The notes: generated by a model not told the origin, from the sequence alone. A stretch of DNA of 64,000 nucleotides from an uncultured Methylomirabilota bacterium (GCA_963845565.1 CAWJSJ010000001.1:928001-992000); one strand, 5' to 3'. Shown: positions 20,411 to 31,000, counted from the stretch's first letter. Made by a program: numbers and translations.

Positions 20411-20749
20411 GGATCCCACCGCGTCGTCGAGTCTACCGCAACTCGAAACTGTCGCGCCTTCTGAATCGCTCCGAGAAACAGGGTCTCCGATGCCCCGGGC
20501 GGTGGCGCTGCCACCTCGGAACGGGTGGACATCGGCATGGTAGGCGTTTGCGTTCCGCCGCCACACTCAGGTAAGCTGGCCACGCCCGATGGTGGAGTCG
20601 AGACTGGCGCCGTGGGTGGCCAGGGGTCCATCAGCGCTCGGCGAGGGCGTCCGGTCGAGGGGTGCTCACTGCAGGGATGAAGGCACCAGAACCGGAGAGA
20701 CACCGGCGTGCCGCGCCCACCGCGACGCCATACCATACGAGGACAACGC

Positions 20750-21721
20750 ATGCGCATCGACACTGTCCGCGGCCCGCTCGAGACGTCCCAACTTGGCGTG
20801 ACCTTGATGCACGAGCATATCTTCGTGCTCAGCCCAGAGGTCCAACAGAACTATCCCGGCCAATGGAACGAAGACGAGCGCCTGGCGGATGCGGTCGCGA
20901 AGCTCAACGTGCTGAAGCGTCGGGGCGTGGATACTCTGGTGGATGTGACCGTCCTTGGCCTGGGTCGGGACGTCGCGCGCATCCAGCGCCTCGCCGCGCA
21001 CACCCCGCTACAGATTGTCGTCGCCACGGGTCTCTACACGTACCACGATCTCCCGCTGTACTTCCATTTCCGGGGTCCCGGGACCCTCTTCGGCGGGCCG
21101 GACGGCATGGCCGACCTGTTCGTGCGGGACATCACCGAGGGGATTGCCGGAACGGGAGTGAAGGCCGCCATCCTGAAGTGCGCCACCGAGGTCGCCGGCC
21201 TCACGCCCGGCGTCGAGCGCGTGTTGCGCGCCGTCGCGCAGGCGCATCGGCGGACCGGCGTACCGATCACCACGCACACCCACGCCCCGACCTACCGGGG
21301 CCGCGACCAACAACGCGTGTTCCGGGCCGAAGGGGTCGACCTCACGCGCGTCATCATCGGGCACGCGGGAGACAGCACCGACCTCGCCTACCTGCGGGAG
21401 TTGATGGACAACGGCTCCACCATTGGCATGGACCGGTTTGGGATCGACGTCATGCTGCCCTTTGAAGACCGCGTGAACACCGTGGCGCAGCTCTGCGCGC
21501 AGGGATACGCAGACCGGATGGTGTTGTCCCACGACGCGTCCTGCTTTTTGGACCTGTTTGACGCCGACGCCTGCCGCGCGCTCCTGCCGAAATGGTCCTA
21601 CACGCACCTCTTTGACGACGTGCTGCCCGCGCTCCGAACACGCGGCGTCACGGCGGACCAGATCCGGCAGATGTTCGTCGAGAACCCCCGGCGGATATTC
21701 GAGCACGCCGGGCCCTACTGA
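20750..21721 (+). CDS. phosphotriesterase family protein (PTE-like lactonase)
   Basis: TLMHEH, ATGLY, ILKCA, TTH, IGH, DRFG, LSHD, ENPRR. Confidence 0.93.
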   Translation: MRIDTVRGPLETSQLGVTLMHEHIFVLSPEVQQNYPGQWNEDERLADAVAKLNVLKRRGVDTLVDVTVLGLGRDVARIQRLAAHTPLQIVVATGLYTYHDLPLYFHFRGPGTLFGGPDGMADLFVRDITEGIAGTGVKAAILKCATEVAGLTPGVERVLRAVAQAHRRTGVPITTHTHAPTYRGRDQQRVFRAEGVDLTRVIIGHAGDSTDLAYLRELMDNGSTIGMDRFGIDVMLPFEDRVNTVAQLCAQGYADRMVLSHDASCFLDLFDADACRALLPKWSYTHLFDDVLPALRTRGVTADQIRQMFVENPRRIFEHAGPY

Positions 21722-21903
21722 TCGGCAGAGGTGGCCGCGCACCCGGGTTGCTGGAATAACCCTGCAGTGCGGCCCGGGGCGTCGTCCCGCCCGGCCGGGG
21801 GTCCTGCGCGAGGCCTGAGGGCGGGGGTAGCAAGAACAGACCTGCGCAACGAGGCGATCGCGGCGCGGCGCGTCCGGCTCCACAAGCCCCTCATCGAACC
21901 GAT

Positions 21904-23031
21904 TCAGCCGCCTCCGGAGCGATGAGCCTTCGTCGCGTCGCTCTCCGCTTCCTGCGTTCTCGGGAATTTGGGCGAGAACCGGAAGACTGTGACGGACCGG
22001 AACCGTTGCCCGGGGTTGAGGATCGTCGAGGGAAAGTGGGGGTGGTTTGGCGAATCTGGAAAGTGCTGGGTTTCCAAGCAGATGGCGCTCCGGACGGGAT
22101 AGGGTTTGCCGCCTTTGCCGATGTCGCTCCCTGCGCCAGTCAAAAAATTCCCGCTATACACTTGCATGGCTGGTTCGGTGGTATACACCTCCAGGACCCG
22201 GCCGGAGACCGGATCCGCGAGCCGTGCGGCAAAGGTCAGGCCCTGGCCGGACGCATTGAGCACGTAGTTGTGATCGTAGCCAGACCCGAATTTCAATTGC
22301 GCATCCTCGGCATCGATGCGGGCGCCGATCCGGCTTGGTCGGCGAAAATCCAGCGGCGTCCCCTGGACCTCCCGGATCTCGCCCGTGGGGATCAGGGTGG
22401 CATCGCAGGGGGTGAACCGGTCGGCATTGACCAGCAGGTCGTGGTCCAGGATGTCGCCCGACCCCTCCCCTGCCAGGTTGAAGTACGTGTGGTTGGTGAA
22501 ATTGACGATGGTGGGCTTGTCCGTCACCGCCTCGTAAATCAGGCCGAGTTCGTGGTCCTCGCTGAGCGTATACGTGACGGTTAGCGTGGTGGTGCCGGGA
22601 TACCCTTCCTCCTCATCCCGGAAGTCGTACGTAAATCGAACGGTCCGGTCGTCGATCTGCACCCCGGCCATGATCTGCGATTGCACGCCCTTCCCGCCGT
22701 GGAGGTGATTGGCCCCGTTGTTGAGGGGGAGTTGGTAGGGCGTTCCATTCAGGGTGAACCGGCCCTTCGCAATGCGATTGGCGAACCGGCCGATGACCGC
22801 CCCAAACGTCTGCCGGCCGGTCAGGTAGCGCTCGAGGGTCTCGTACCCGAGCACGACGTCACCCAAGTGGTCGTTCCGATCCGGCACCAGCAGTTGGACG
22901 ATCTTCCCGCCCTGATTGGTGAGTTTCACCACCATACCACCACTATTGCTCAGGGTGTAGAGATCGACCGGTTTCCCGTCAATGGTTCTCTGAAACGCCC
23001 CACGCGCGATTTCCACGTACATCGTATTCAT
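21904..23031 (-). CDS. galM: aldose 1-epimerase (mutarotase)
   Basis: GRFANRI, HLHGG, NFTNHTYFNL, YDHNY, CLETQHFPDSPN. Confidence 0.95.
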   Translation of the reverse strand: MNTMYVEIARGAFQRTIDGKPVDLYTLSNSGGMVVKLTNQGGKIVQLLVPDRNDHLGDVVLGYETLERYLTGRQTFGAVIGRFANRIAKGRFTLNGTPYQLPLNNGANHLHGGKGVQSQIMAGVQIDDRTVRFTYDFRDEEEGYPGTTTLTVTYTLSEDHELGLIYEAVTDKPTIVNFTNHTYFNLAGEGSGDILDHDLLVNADRFTPCDATLIPTGEIREVQGTPLDFRRPSRIGARIDAEDAQLKFGSGYDHNYVLNASGQGLTFAARLADPVSGRVLEVYTTEPAMQVYSGNFLTGAGSDIGKGGKPYPVRSAICLETQHFPDSPNHPHFPSTILNPGQRFRSVTVFRFSPKFPRTQEAESDATKAHRSGGG

Positions 23032-23065
23032 GTTTGCTCCACTTTGGGCTCATGCAAGGACGTCC

Positions 23066-23570
23066 TCACACAGCGTATCGAATGGCGACGGAAACCCCCT
23101 TCTCGGCTGACGCAGCGATAGCGTCGCAGATCACGGCCGCGCGATAGCCATCCTCGAAGGTGGCCCCGTACGGAGCGACGGTTCCCCGGCCTTCGATGGC
23201 GTCCAGCAGACAGCCGATCTCGTGCACAAACGTCTGGTCCCATCCCAGCGGATGCCGCGGCCACCACTGGGCCACGAACGGGTGCGCGGCGTCGGTCACC
23301 TCGATGCGGCGAAATCCGGCCAAGGCCGTTCCCTCGTCGGCGCGCCGGAACGGGAACTCCGGGTCGGCCAACGACGATTGGAGGTATCGCGCCCGGAACT
23401 GCAGGACACGGCCGAGCTTTCCCTCGGCAATGAGGTGCTTGGCCAGGCGCACGGCCGGAAGGAACCTGATAGTTGAACCCACACATGTGGACCACTTCCG
23501 ACGACGCGCCGGCGGGTACCGCCCCCCACCCATCGCCACGGCGAGCGGTGTCTGGTCGATCAACACGACC
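23066..23570 (-). pseudogene. Gfo/Idh/MocA oxidoreductase remnant with deletions and a frameshift
   Basis: CGFNY / RFLPAVRLAKHLI..GKLG and WWP..LGW...TFEDG present; Rossmann N-terminus and middle section missing. Confidence 0.75.
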
Positions 23571-23589
23571 GGGGAACCGGACCCGCGTC

Positions 23590-24876
23590 TCACTTCATGA
23601 GGAGGTCCGGCAGGAACGTGACGATGCTGGGGAACACGATCAGCAGCACGATCGTCACGATCAGAGGGATCAGAAACGGGAGCGTGGCGCGGACCACGCG
23701 ATCGAACGCGATGCCGGTCATGCCGGTGACCATGAACAGGCCCAGGCCAAACGGCGGCGTCAGGATGCCAAGAACCGCCGTGATTGTGAAGACGACGCCG
23801 AAGAAGACCTTCGAGATGTTCATGGCTTCGATGACGGGCATCACGACCGGCAAGACCAGGAAGAACATGGCGGTGACCTCGACGAAGCAGCCGAGGAGCA
23901 GGATGAGCCCCGCCAAGGCCAACACCAGCGCCGTGGGGCCCACGGCGTAGCTGCGGACCGTGTCGATCAGCAGGTCTCCGATGCGCTCCCGGGTCAGGAC
24001 GGTGGAGAAGATCAGCGCCGCTCCGATGATAACGTAGACCGTGCTGCAGAACTTCGCCGTCTCCTTGCAGTCCGTGAAGATCGTCCGCCACGTCAGCTCT
24101 CGATAAACGAACTTCCCAAGACAGAGCGCGTAGGCCACGGCCACCGCGGCGGCCTCCGTCGGCGTGAAAACGCCCCCGACCATTCCGCTGAGGATGATCA
24201 CGGGATTCAGGAGTGGAAGAAGGACGGTCTTGCTGTGGCCCCACAGGCCGGCGAGCGTCGGGCGCGGGCTCACCGCGTAGTTCTTGTTTCGGGAATACAC
24301 ATAGACCATCACCATCAGGGCAACACCCATGAGGACACCGGGCACCACTCCGCCCAAGAACAGCCGCCCCACGGATTCGTTGGCCATGACCGCATAGAGG
24401 ACCAGCGGCGCGCTGGGGGGAATGATCGGCCCGATGGTGGACGACGCGATCGTGATCGCGGCGGAGAAGTCGTCATCGTACCCCTTCTCCCGCATCCCCT
24501 TGATCTCCACCACACCGAGGCCGCCGATGTCCGCCACCGCACTCCCCGACATCCCGGCAAAGATCATGCTGGCCATCACGTTGACGTGGCCGAGGCCGCC
24601 TGGTATCCAACCGATCAACGCCTCGGCGAAATCGAAGATGCGCCGGGTCACCCCACCCGTGTTCATCAACCGGCCCGCGAGCGTGAACAGCGGAAAGGCG
24701 AGGAGCAGGAACGACGTGATCGTCCCGGTGCTCATCTGCGTCGGCAGAATGGTGAGCGGGACCTGGTTGAGGAGGAAATAGGGAATGCAGGCGAAGATGA
24801 GCGCTGCCCAGATGGGGACGTTCATCATCAGGAGCAGCCCGGAGAGGACGAGGACGACGAGCAGGCTTGCGCTCAT
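23590..24876 (-). CDS. dctM: TRAP transporter large permease
   Basis: AFPLFTLAG, GMSGSAVAD, IIPPS, FTPTEA, TPPFG. Confidence 0.94.
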   Translation of the reverse strand: MSASLLVVLVLSGLLLMMNVPIWAALIFACIPYFLLNQVPLTILPTQMSTGTITSFLLLAFPLFTLAGRLMNTGGVTRRIFDFAEALIGWIPGGLGHVNVMASMIFAGMSGSAVADIGGLGVVEIKGMREKGYDDDFSAAITIASSTIGPIIPPSAPLVLYAVMANESVGRLFLGGVVPGVLMGVALMVMVYVYSRNKNYAVSPRPTLAGLWGHSKTVLLPLLNPVIILSGMVGGVFTPTEAAAVAVAYALCLGKFVYRELTWRTIFTDCKETAKFCSTVYVIIGAALIFSTVLTRERIGDLLIDTVRSYAVGPTALVLALAGLILLLGCFVEVTAMFFLVLPVVMPVIEAMNISKVFFGVVFTITAVLGILTPPFGLGLFMVTGMTGIAFDRVVRATLPFLIPLIVTIVLLIVFPSIVTFLPDLLMK

Positions 24877-25337
24877 GCCGCCCCCCGTCGTGTGCGCCAG
24901 TACTTCCCCACAAGGTAACCAAGCATCGAGAGGGCGCCGACGCCGGCGGCGAGGTAGTACGCCAGGCTCACCGAGATGTCCAGCGCCATGGTCGTCATCC
25001 CGTAGTTCATCCGCATGGCCGTCCAGCAACTCACGAGCATGACCAGCAGCACCACCGTCAGGATGCCGTCGGCGAGCACATCCAGCGCGCGCCGGCCGCC
25101 CGGCGGTAGGCGGTCGGCGAGGACGCTGATCGAGAGCTGCGTGCGTTCAGGGTAACTCAGGCCCAGCGTCGCGTAGACCGACCAGATGACCAGGATCGAG
25201 GTCAACTCCACCGTCCAGCTGAACGGCGCGTTGAAGATGGCGCGAGCCACGATGCTGGCCAGTATGGACAGGACGATCACGATCAAGAGTACGGCCCCCA
25301 GACCCGCCTGTACTCTGGAGAACCAAGACTGCCGCAT
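24873..25337 (-). CDS. dctQ: TRAP transporter small permease
   Basis: 4 TM, WTVEL; ATGA overlap with dctM. Confidence 0.88.
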   Translation of the reverse strand: MRQSWFSRVQAGLGAVLLIVIVLSILASIVARAIFNAPFSWTVELTSILVIWSVYATLGLSYPERTQLSISVLADRLPPGGRRALDVLADGILTVVLLVMLVSCWTAMRMNYGMTTMALDISVSLAYYLAAGVGALSMLGYLVGKYWRTRRGAA

Positions 25338-25403
25338 CGGCCTCGACTCCTGCCGGGGTGGGGAGCGCGCTCCCCACCCCGGCGTGTCCACCGGATGACG
25401 CCG

Positions 25404-26399
25404 CTATTTCGCCAGTGCCGAGAACTCGTCCCAGGCCTTCCCCCATTCGGGAATGTATTTTTCCTTCAGCATCTCGACGGCCCGGAGCCGGAAAGGTTCC
25501 GTGGAGGCCGGCCGCACGATGGCGACCCCCGCCTCTTCCAGCTTCTTCAGGAAGTCTTTCTGCACGGCCTCGTTCTGATCGAAAAACCACCGCCAGGCCT
25601 CGTACCCACTGTCGAGCACGATTTTTTGCTGCTCCTGCGTCATCTTGTTGAAGGAGGTTTTGTTGAGGTAGACGGCGGCCGCCTGGATCATGTGGCTGGT
25701 CAGGCTGTAGTGCTTCGCTGCCTCGAAGAACTTCATGTTGATCATGTTCTCGGGGGTCCCCTCCACCGCATCCACCACCCCCTGCTTCAGGGCCATGTAG
25801 GTTTCCCCGAAGGGGAGAGGCGAGGCGATGGCGCCCACGGCGTGCGCGACCACGCGGAAGGTCGGAACGTCAGGCACCCGCAGCTTCAACCCCTTGGCGT
25901 CGTCCGGCCCCTTGATCGGTTTCCTGGCCAGCACGTTCCGCACCCCCAGCCACTGGAGGCCGCCGAACACCATATTCGATTTCTGCTCCAGCAATCCGGA
26001 CATCTGCTGCATGTAGGCCCGGTTGAACGCCACGTTCTCGAAATGCTTAAGGCTCTGGAAGGTGTACGCGTTCTCGAACATCCCGAACGGCGGCGCGAAC
26101 CGCACGGCGCCGCCCGCACCCACCACCGACCAGTCGATCGTCCCGAGATTCGCGTTCTCCAGAAGGGTCCGCTCGTTACCGAGCTGTTCGCTCGGGTAGA
26201 CTTCGATCACCACCGCACCCTTCGTGCGCTCCTTGACGAGATCCGCCCACTTCACGAGCGTAATGTGCATCATGTTCTTCGGCGTCCCGGTGTGCCCGCC
26301 CTTCAGGACCAACGCGGCGTCGCTCGGGGTACCGAGCGCGGCCGCCACGAAGACGATCAGACCGATCACCGCACATCGCGCCAACCCTCTCGATGTCAT
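25404..26399 (-). CDS. dctP: TRAP transporter substrate-binding protein
   Basis: signal peptide; YPSEQLG, GLKLRVP, YMALKQGVVDAVE; AAAGGAG RBS. Confidence 0.93.
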   Translation of the reverse strand: MTSRGLARCAVIGLIVFVAAALGTPSDAALVLKGGHTGTPKNMMHITLVKWADLVKERTKGAVVIEVYPSEQLGNERTLLENANLGTIDWSVVGAGGAVRFAPPFGMFENAYTFQSLKHFENVAFNRAYMQQMSGLLEQKSNMVFGGLQWLGVRNVLARKPIKGPDDAKGLKLRVPDVPTFRVVAHAVGAIASPLPFGETYMALKQGVVDAVEGTPENMINMKFFEAAKHYSLTSHMIQAAAVYLNKTSFNKMTQEQQKIVLDSGYEAWRWFFDQNEAVQKDFLKKLEEAGVAIVRPASTEPFRLRAVEMLKEKYIPEWGKAWDEFSALAK

Positions 26400-26454
26400 G
26401 GTCTCGACTCCTTTCCTCGGCATCAAGCCGAAAATCCCGACGGGTGACACGTCA

Positions 26455-27966
26455 TCAACACACGAGTGGCTCAGGCTCGAATGGCCGCGTGGTGTTCCAC
26501 GGATAGAGAGTCTCCCGATCGATTCGCTGGAAGGGCAATCGCAGCAAGTTGCTCCCGCTGATGCCAGGGGTATCTACGTAGAACACCTGCTTGGCCAACC
26601 CCTCATACGCCGCCTTGAAGGATCCTTGGGACTTCACCACCAGGAATTTCGCGCGCTCCGGCGTCAGGCCCGCGCAGCGATAGTGCTCGGGGTCGATCGT
26701 CCACACCGGAAGCTCCGTCAACTGGAGGAAGAGGCTCCCGCCCACCTCCAGCACGGCGGTCCGGCCCATCGACGTTTCGACGCCGTGGAACATGGGGCCC
26801 GCGTAGCGGTACCGACCGTCGAACAGCGTCCGGACGCGCCCCCGCACGGTCACGGGCCGGCTGAAGCGCTGGTTCAGCTTCCCGCCGACCGGCAGCTCGA
26901 TCTCCGCCCCCACCCCGGCGGCTGCCGCCGCCCCCACGGCCTCGGGGTCCACGATCGGCAAATAGGTCGGCGCCACCACCCGCTGCCGGAGGAGTGCCTC
27001 GAGCAGGTAGGTGCTGTCCCCCGTGGCGCCCGCCCCGACGTTGTCCGCCGGCTCGTTCAGCACGATCGGCTGAGCAGCGGACGCGAGCCCCAGGCGGATC
27101 GCCTCCTCCGGCGAATGGAATGGGAAGTCCGTGAAGACCTCGCGTAACCCCCAGAACGCTCGCGCGGTCCGAGCCACCACCTCTCGCGCTCCCTCCACCA
27201 CGTCCACCCTCGCCACCCCGAGCACACTGCAGCCCATCTCCTGAATATCCAGCCAGCATTGCACACCGAACGCGGAGAGCGCCAATATCCGCTCGCCGTC
27301 CTCCGCCGCCTCCAGCTCTCGGATCAGGCGCACCATCGGCTCGTCGCCGACGATCGTCATGCGCTCCATGGGCGCCACCAGCGGGATTTTCACGAACACG
27401 CGGCGCAGATCCCGCGTCCGGCCGTGGTGGCGCCAGGCCAGTTCCGCCGCCTTCTGGCCCGTTTCGAAGAGATTGGTGTGCGGGAAGGAGTTGTAACCGA
27501 CCAGGATGTCGGCCGCGCGGGCGATCCGCGCCGTCACGTTACCGTGAAAATCCAGGGTCGCGACCAGCGGCCGATCGCCGATGGCCTCCCGCACCGCCTC
27601 CAGCAGGTCGCCCTCGGGGTCGTCCAACCCCTCGACGATCATGGAGCCATGCAGCGACAGGTACACGCCGTCCAGCGGCTCGGCCGCGCGCAGCCGTCCC
27701 AGAAGCTCCGCCTTCAGCTCCGCGTAGGCCGCGGGCACCACGAGACCGTGTGGCACCGCCCAGGCCGCCAGCGTGGGCACCGCCTCGATCCCGCGGCGCC
27801 GGCACACCTCCAGGAACCCGGCCAACTCGTTTCGCATCCCGCGATGGGCGTCCCAGATCTCCTCCCCGTACAGCAGGTAGCCGTTGCGCCGGAAATAGTC
27901 CAGCGTCGTCCGCTCCGGGGAGAAGCTGTTGCATTCCAGGCTCACCGTCCCGACCGCATAGCGCAT
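26455..27966 (-). CDS. M81 family metallopeptidase (MlrC-like)
   Basis: ECNSF, LHGSM, DPEGD, LDFHGN, FPH, DNVGAG, VVKS. Confidence 0.92.
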   Translation of the reverse strand: MRYAVGTVSLECNSFSPERTTLDYFRRNGYLLYGEEIWDAHRGMRNELAGFLEVCRRRGIEAVPTLAAWAVPHGLVVPAAYAELKAELLGRLRAAEPLDGVYLSLHGSMIVEGLDDPEGDLLEAVREAIGDRPLVATLDFHGNVTARIARAADILVGYNSFPHTNLFETGQKAAELAWRHHGRTRDLRRVFVKIPLVAPMERMTIVGDEPMVRLIRELEAAEDGERILALSAFGVQCWLDIQEMGCSVLGVARVDVVEGAREVVARTARAFWGLREVFTDFPFHSPEEAIRLGLASAAQPIVLNEPADNVGAGATGDSTYLLEALLRQRVVAPTYLPIVDPEAVGAAAAAGVGAEIELPVGGKLNQRFSRPVTVRGRVRTLFDGRYRYAGPMFHGVETSMGRTAVLEVGGSLFLQLTELPVWTIDPEHYRCAGLTPERAKFLVVKSQGSFKAAYEGLAKQVFYVDTPGISGSNLLRLPFQRIDRETLYPWNTTRPFEPEPLVC

Positions 27967-27976
27967 CGCCGCCTCC

Positions 27977-29305
27977 CTAGCGCCGCCCGCCCGCCAGCCC
28001 CCGAATCACGTCGTCCATCCGCTCCAGCGCCCACTCGATGTCGGCAGCGGTGTGAGCGCCCGAGATCCCGTGGTGGCCGATGGCGTGGCCAATGCTCTGG
28101 AAATAGACTCCCCGCTCGACGCAACCCCGGACGAACCGATGCCACATCTCGACGTCGCGCGCGGCCGCATCCCGGTAGCATCGGACTTCTTTGTCGAGGC
28201 CGAAAAACAGGCCGAAGCGGATGCCCAGCCCCTGCACGCGGCCGGGCACCCCGTGGCGCACGAAGGCGTCGTTCAGCCCCCGGTACAGCCGGTCCGCCAC
28301 GGCGAGCATCGGCGGGTAGGTGCCGGGCTTGATCAACTCCCCGAGGCAGGCCAGGCCCGCGAGGATGCCGAAAAGGTGGTCGGTATAGGTGCCGCTGTGG
28401 GCCACCGGCCCGAGAGGTGCCAAAAGGCTCATCAGGTCGCGCCGGCCGGCGACCAGCGCGATGGGCGCCCCGTTCGCAATGCCTTTGGCAATCGCGCAGA
28501 GATCGGGCACGATCCCGTAGTAGCCCTGCGCGCAGCTCGGCCCGGTCCGGAAGGCGGACAAGACCTCGTCAAAGATCAGCACACTGCCATGCCGCTCGGT
28601 CAGCGCGCGGAGGGCGGCCAGGTATTCGCGATCGGCCGGGATGCAGCCCGAGTTGTAGTTGATCGGCTCGCAGATCACTCCGGCGATGGCGTCCCCGTGC
28701 CGGGCAAACGCCTGCTCCAGCGCCCCCAGATCGTTCCAGGGCAACACCAGGACGAGGTCCGCGGCGGAACGCGGGAGGCCCGCGGAATCGGGGCGGGCCG
28801 GGATGGGCGACGGGCCGTTCCACGCCGGGCCCGAGGCGTTGAACATCACGTCGTTGTGGAAGCCGTGGAAATGGCCCTCGAAGCGGAGGAGTCGCTCCCG
28901 CCCGGTGGCCGCCCGGGCAATGCGGATGGCCAGGGCGGTGGCTTCCATGCCCGAGGTGGCGAAACGCACCATCTCGGCGCACGGCACGGTCTGGCAGACC
29001 AGGGCGGCGAGGCGGGCCACGTACTCCGTCTCGCAGGCCGCGATCACGCCCATCTCGACGGCCTGCAGGATGGCCTGCCGCGTGGCGGGATGGTTGTAGC
29101 CGAGAATCGTCGCGCCGTGGGACAGATTGAAGTCGAGGTACTCCGTCCCGTCGAGCCCGGTGAGCCGCGCGCCCTCGCCCCGGACGAAGTACATGGGGCG
29201 CCCGAGGCTGCCGTTGAACCGCCCCCCGGCACCGATGCCGGCAGGAAGATACGTCTGCGCATACGCATGGAGCTCGTCGGGGGATCGAAACTGTGCCTGG
29301 ATCAT
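27977..29305 (-). CDS. class III PLP aminotransferase (glutamate-1-semialdehyde aminomutase-like)
   Basis: SGMEAT, FEGHFHG, IFDEV, AKGIANG (PLP Lys), SGT; GGAGG RBS. Confidence 0.9.
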   Translation of the reverse strand: MIQAQFRSPDELHAYAQTYLPAGIGAGGRFNGSLGRPMYFVRGEGARLTGLDGTEYLDFNLSHGATILGYNHPATRQAILQAVEMGVIAACETEYVARLAALVCQTVPCAEMVRFATSGMEATALAIRIARAATGRERLLRFEGHFHGFHNDVMFNASGPAWNGPSPIPARPDSAGLPRSAADLVLVLPWNDLGALEQAFARHGDAIAGVICEPINYNSGCIPADREYLAALRALTERHGSVLIFDEVLSAFRTGPSCAQGYYGIVPDLCAIAKGIANGAPIALVAGRRDLMSLLAPLGPVAHSGTYTDHLFGILAGLACLGELIKPGTYPPMLAVADRLYRGLNDAFVRHGVPGRVQGLGIRFGLFFGLDKEVRCYRDAAARDVEMWHRFVRGCVERGVYFQSIGHAIGHHGISGAHTAADIEWALERMDDVIRGLAGGRR

Positions 29306-29330
29306 GACTGCACTCCTCCTCCGGTCGGCC

Positions 29331-30073
29331 CTACCGCTGCCGTCCGGCGCGTCGCGACGGGGGACGGCCTGGCCTCGCACCGCCATCAGTCGGCCCGTCG
29401 GCTGCCGGCGCCTTCTGGCGCTTTGGCGCGGACGGGGCCGCCAAGGGGATCGGCGAGGCGAGGTCGCTCCGGATCGCCGCAATCATGCGGGCTGCGTCCC
29501 GCGACACCCACGCCTCGTACATCGCCTTGTGGTGACGCTGCGACCCGGACAGATCGACATCCTCCTGCAACTGCGCGTAGTAGAAGTACGGCCCGACGCG
29601 CGCCCAGAGGAGATCGATCAGCCGCAGGAAGACCTCCGATCCGCAATACCGGTAGATCGTGCGATGAAATGCGAAGTTGGCCTGGATGTACCGCCGGGGG
29701 ATCGCTTCAGGTAGCGGGCGGTCTGCTCGAGCAGGGCCTGTGCGGCCGGCAGCGCGCTATCCGGCCGGCGGGCGCAGGACCGCTCCGCGGCCATCGACTC
29801 AAGAAAGAGTCGGACCTGGTACAGGTCCCGCATCTCCGGCTCGGTGAGGGTGTTGACCCGGATGCGCCGATTGGCCTCGATGACAACAATCCGTTCCGAC
29901 TCGAGTTGCCAGAGGGCCTCCCGAATCGGCATCAGGCTCACCCCGAACTCTTCGGCCAGTCCGCGGAGGCTCAACGTCTCCCCCGGAAGAACCCCCGCCG
30001 AGATGATCTTCTCCCGGAGCTGATCGTACACCTGCTGGCGTAGTGTCTGGGTCGAGAGCCTGGTGAAGCGCAT
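29331..30073 (-). CDS. GntR family (FCD) transcriptional regulator, frameshift near 29696-29700
   Basis: HTH LAEEFGVSLMPIREAL; FCD continues in another frame (NFAFHRTIY...HKAM) after a G5 run. Confidence 0.85.
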
Positions 30074-30074
30074 G

Positions 30075-30109
30075 TGTGATCACATATCACGCCCTGCATC
30101 TCAGGTCAA
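30075..30109 (-). promoter_or_regulatory. sigma70-type promoter with overlapping TGTGATCACA operator; probably leaderless
   Basis: TTGACC(30109-30104)-17nt-TATGTG(30086-30081)-7nt-ATG; palindrome 30075-30084. Confidence 0.6.
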
Positions 30110-30649
30110 GCGGTCCTGGCTCGGCAGTTCTCCGGCGATCCGCCCCGACGGCCACAGGATCGCACACAATGCGTGGTAACGCCCCTTCGCGAAAACGAAC
30201 GAGGCGCCTCATGACCAAAGACCGGTCGGGGTGGACCAATTGGCGAGGACAAGCCACCACGGATGGCGTAATTGTGGACCACAGCCAGGAGGAGCTCCGC
30301 TGGTCGGACCGATCACGAGGTCGGGAACATCGGGCCTGTCGAGCGGCCCCGCGTGATGCGTTCGTCGGCTCGCGCCATGGCCATCAGTCCTCCCCTTCGG
30401 CCTCCCAGTGAGGTCACACATCCCGCTTGGGCCGGTGCCAGTTCAGGATACGCACCTCGTGATCGGGGTAGAGGGCTCGGGTCGCACGCAGTGCGGCCTC
30501 CACGTCCCTGTCCCGAGGAAGCGTTCTCTCTTCAGGATACCGGCCCGCGCGCCCGTGTCAATGGACGCCGTGTTCCCTTGAGTCCAACGCCCTACGGATT
30601 GTGGGCGACGGCGCAAACACCCAACGACCCTATCGAGCCCACCCGCGCT

Positions 30650-31000
30650 CTAGTTGCGAGCCTTGGCCTGGAGCGTGTCGCGTAGTTCGACCATCGCCAG
30701 CGTGTCGCGCTCGCAATGAGTGAGGAGCGCGGTGCGGATCGTCGCCTTCTCGGCGGAATCGCCACCCCCGAAGCCCATGCGGTGGAACTGGAGAGAGGCC
30801 ATCGTCCCCTCCTTGATTGCCAGGTCGTCGTCCGCCACGTACGGCGCCACGGCGGGCAGGAGGGCCATGATCGGGTACCAGTCGCCAAAGGCCGGGTGGT
30901 AGTAGTGCGCGTTGATCACCGGGTGGAGACTCCAGAGGCGGTCCCAGACACCGTCAAGATCCGTGCGGAGGTGCGGAAGGGCCTCGACGAAACCGGTGAA
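30650..31000 (-). pseudogene. DUF2779 domain protein C-terminal remnant
   Basis: HYYHPAF...LLPA...LAIKEG..AS...LL.HCERDTLAMV; no credible N-terminus. Confidence 0.65.

Noticed and set aside
27977..29305. hemL gene symbol
   Set aside because: Catabolic TRAP context and diverged N-terminus suggest a paralog.
30120..30640. Short ORFs upstream of GntR
   Set aside because: No RBS, motifs or coding character that I can support.
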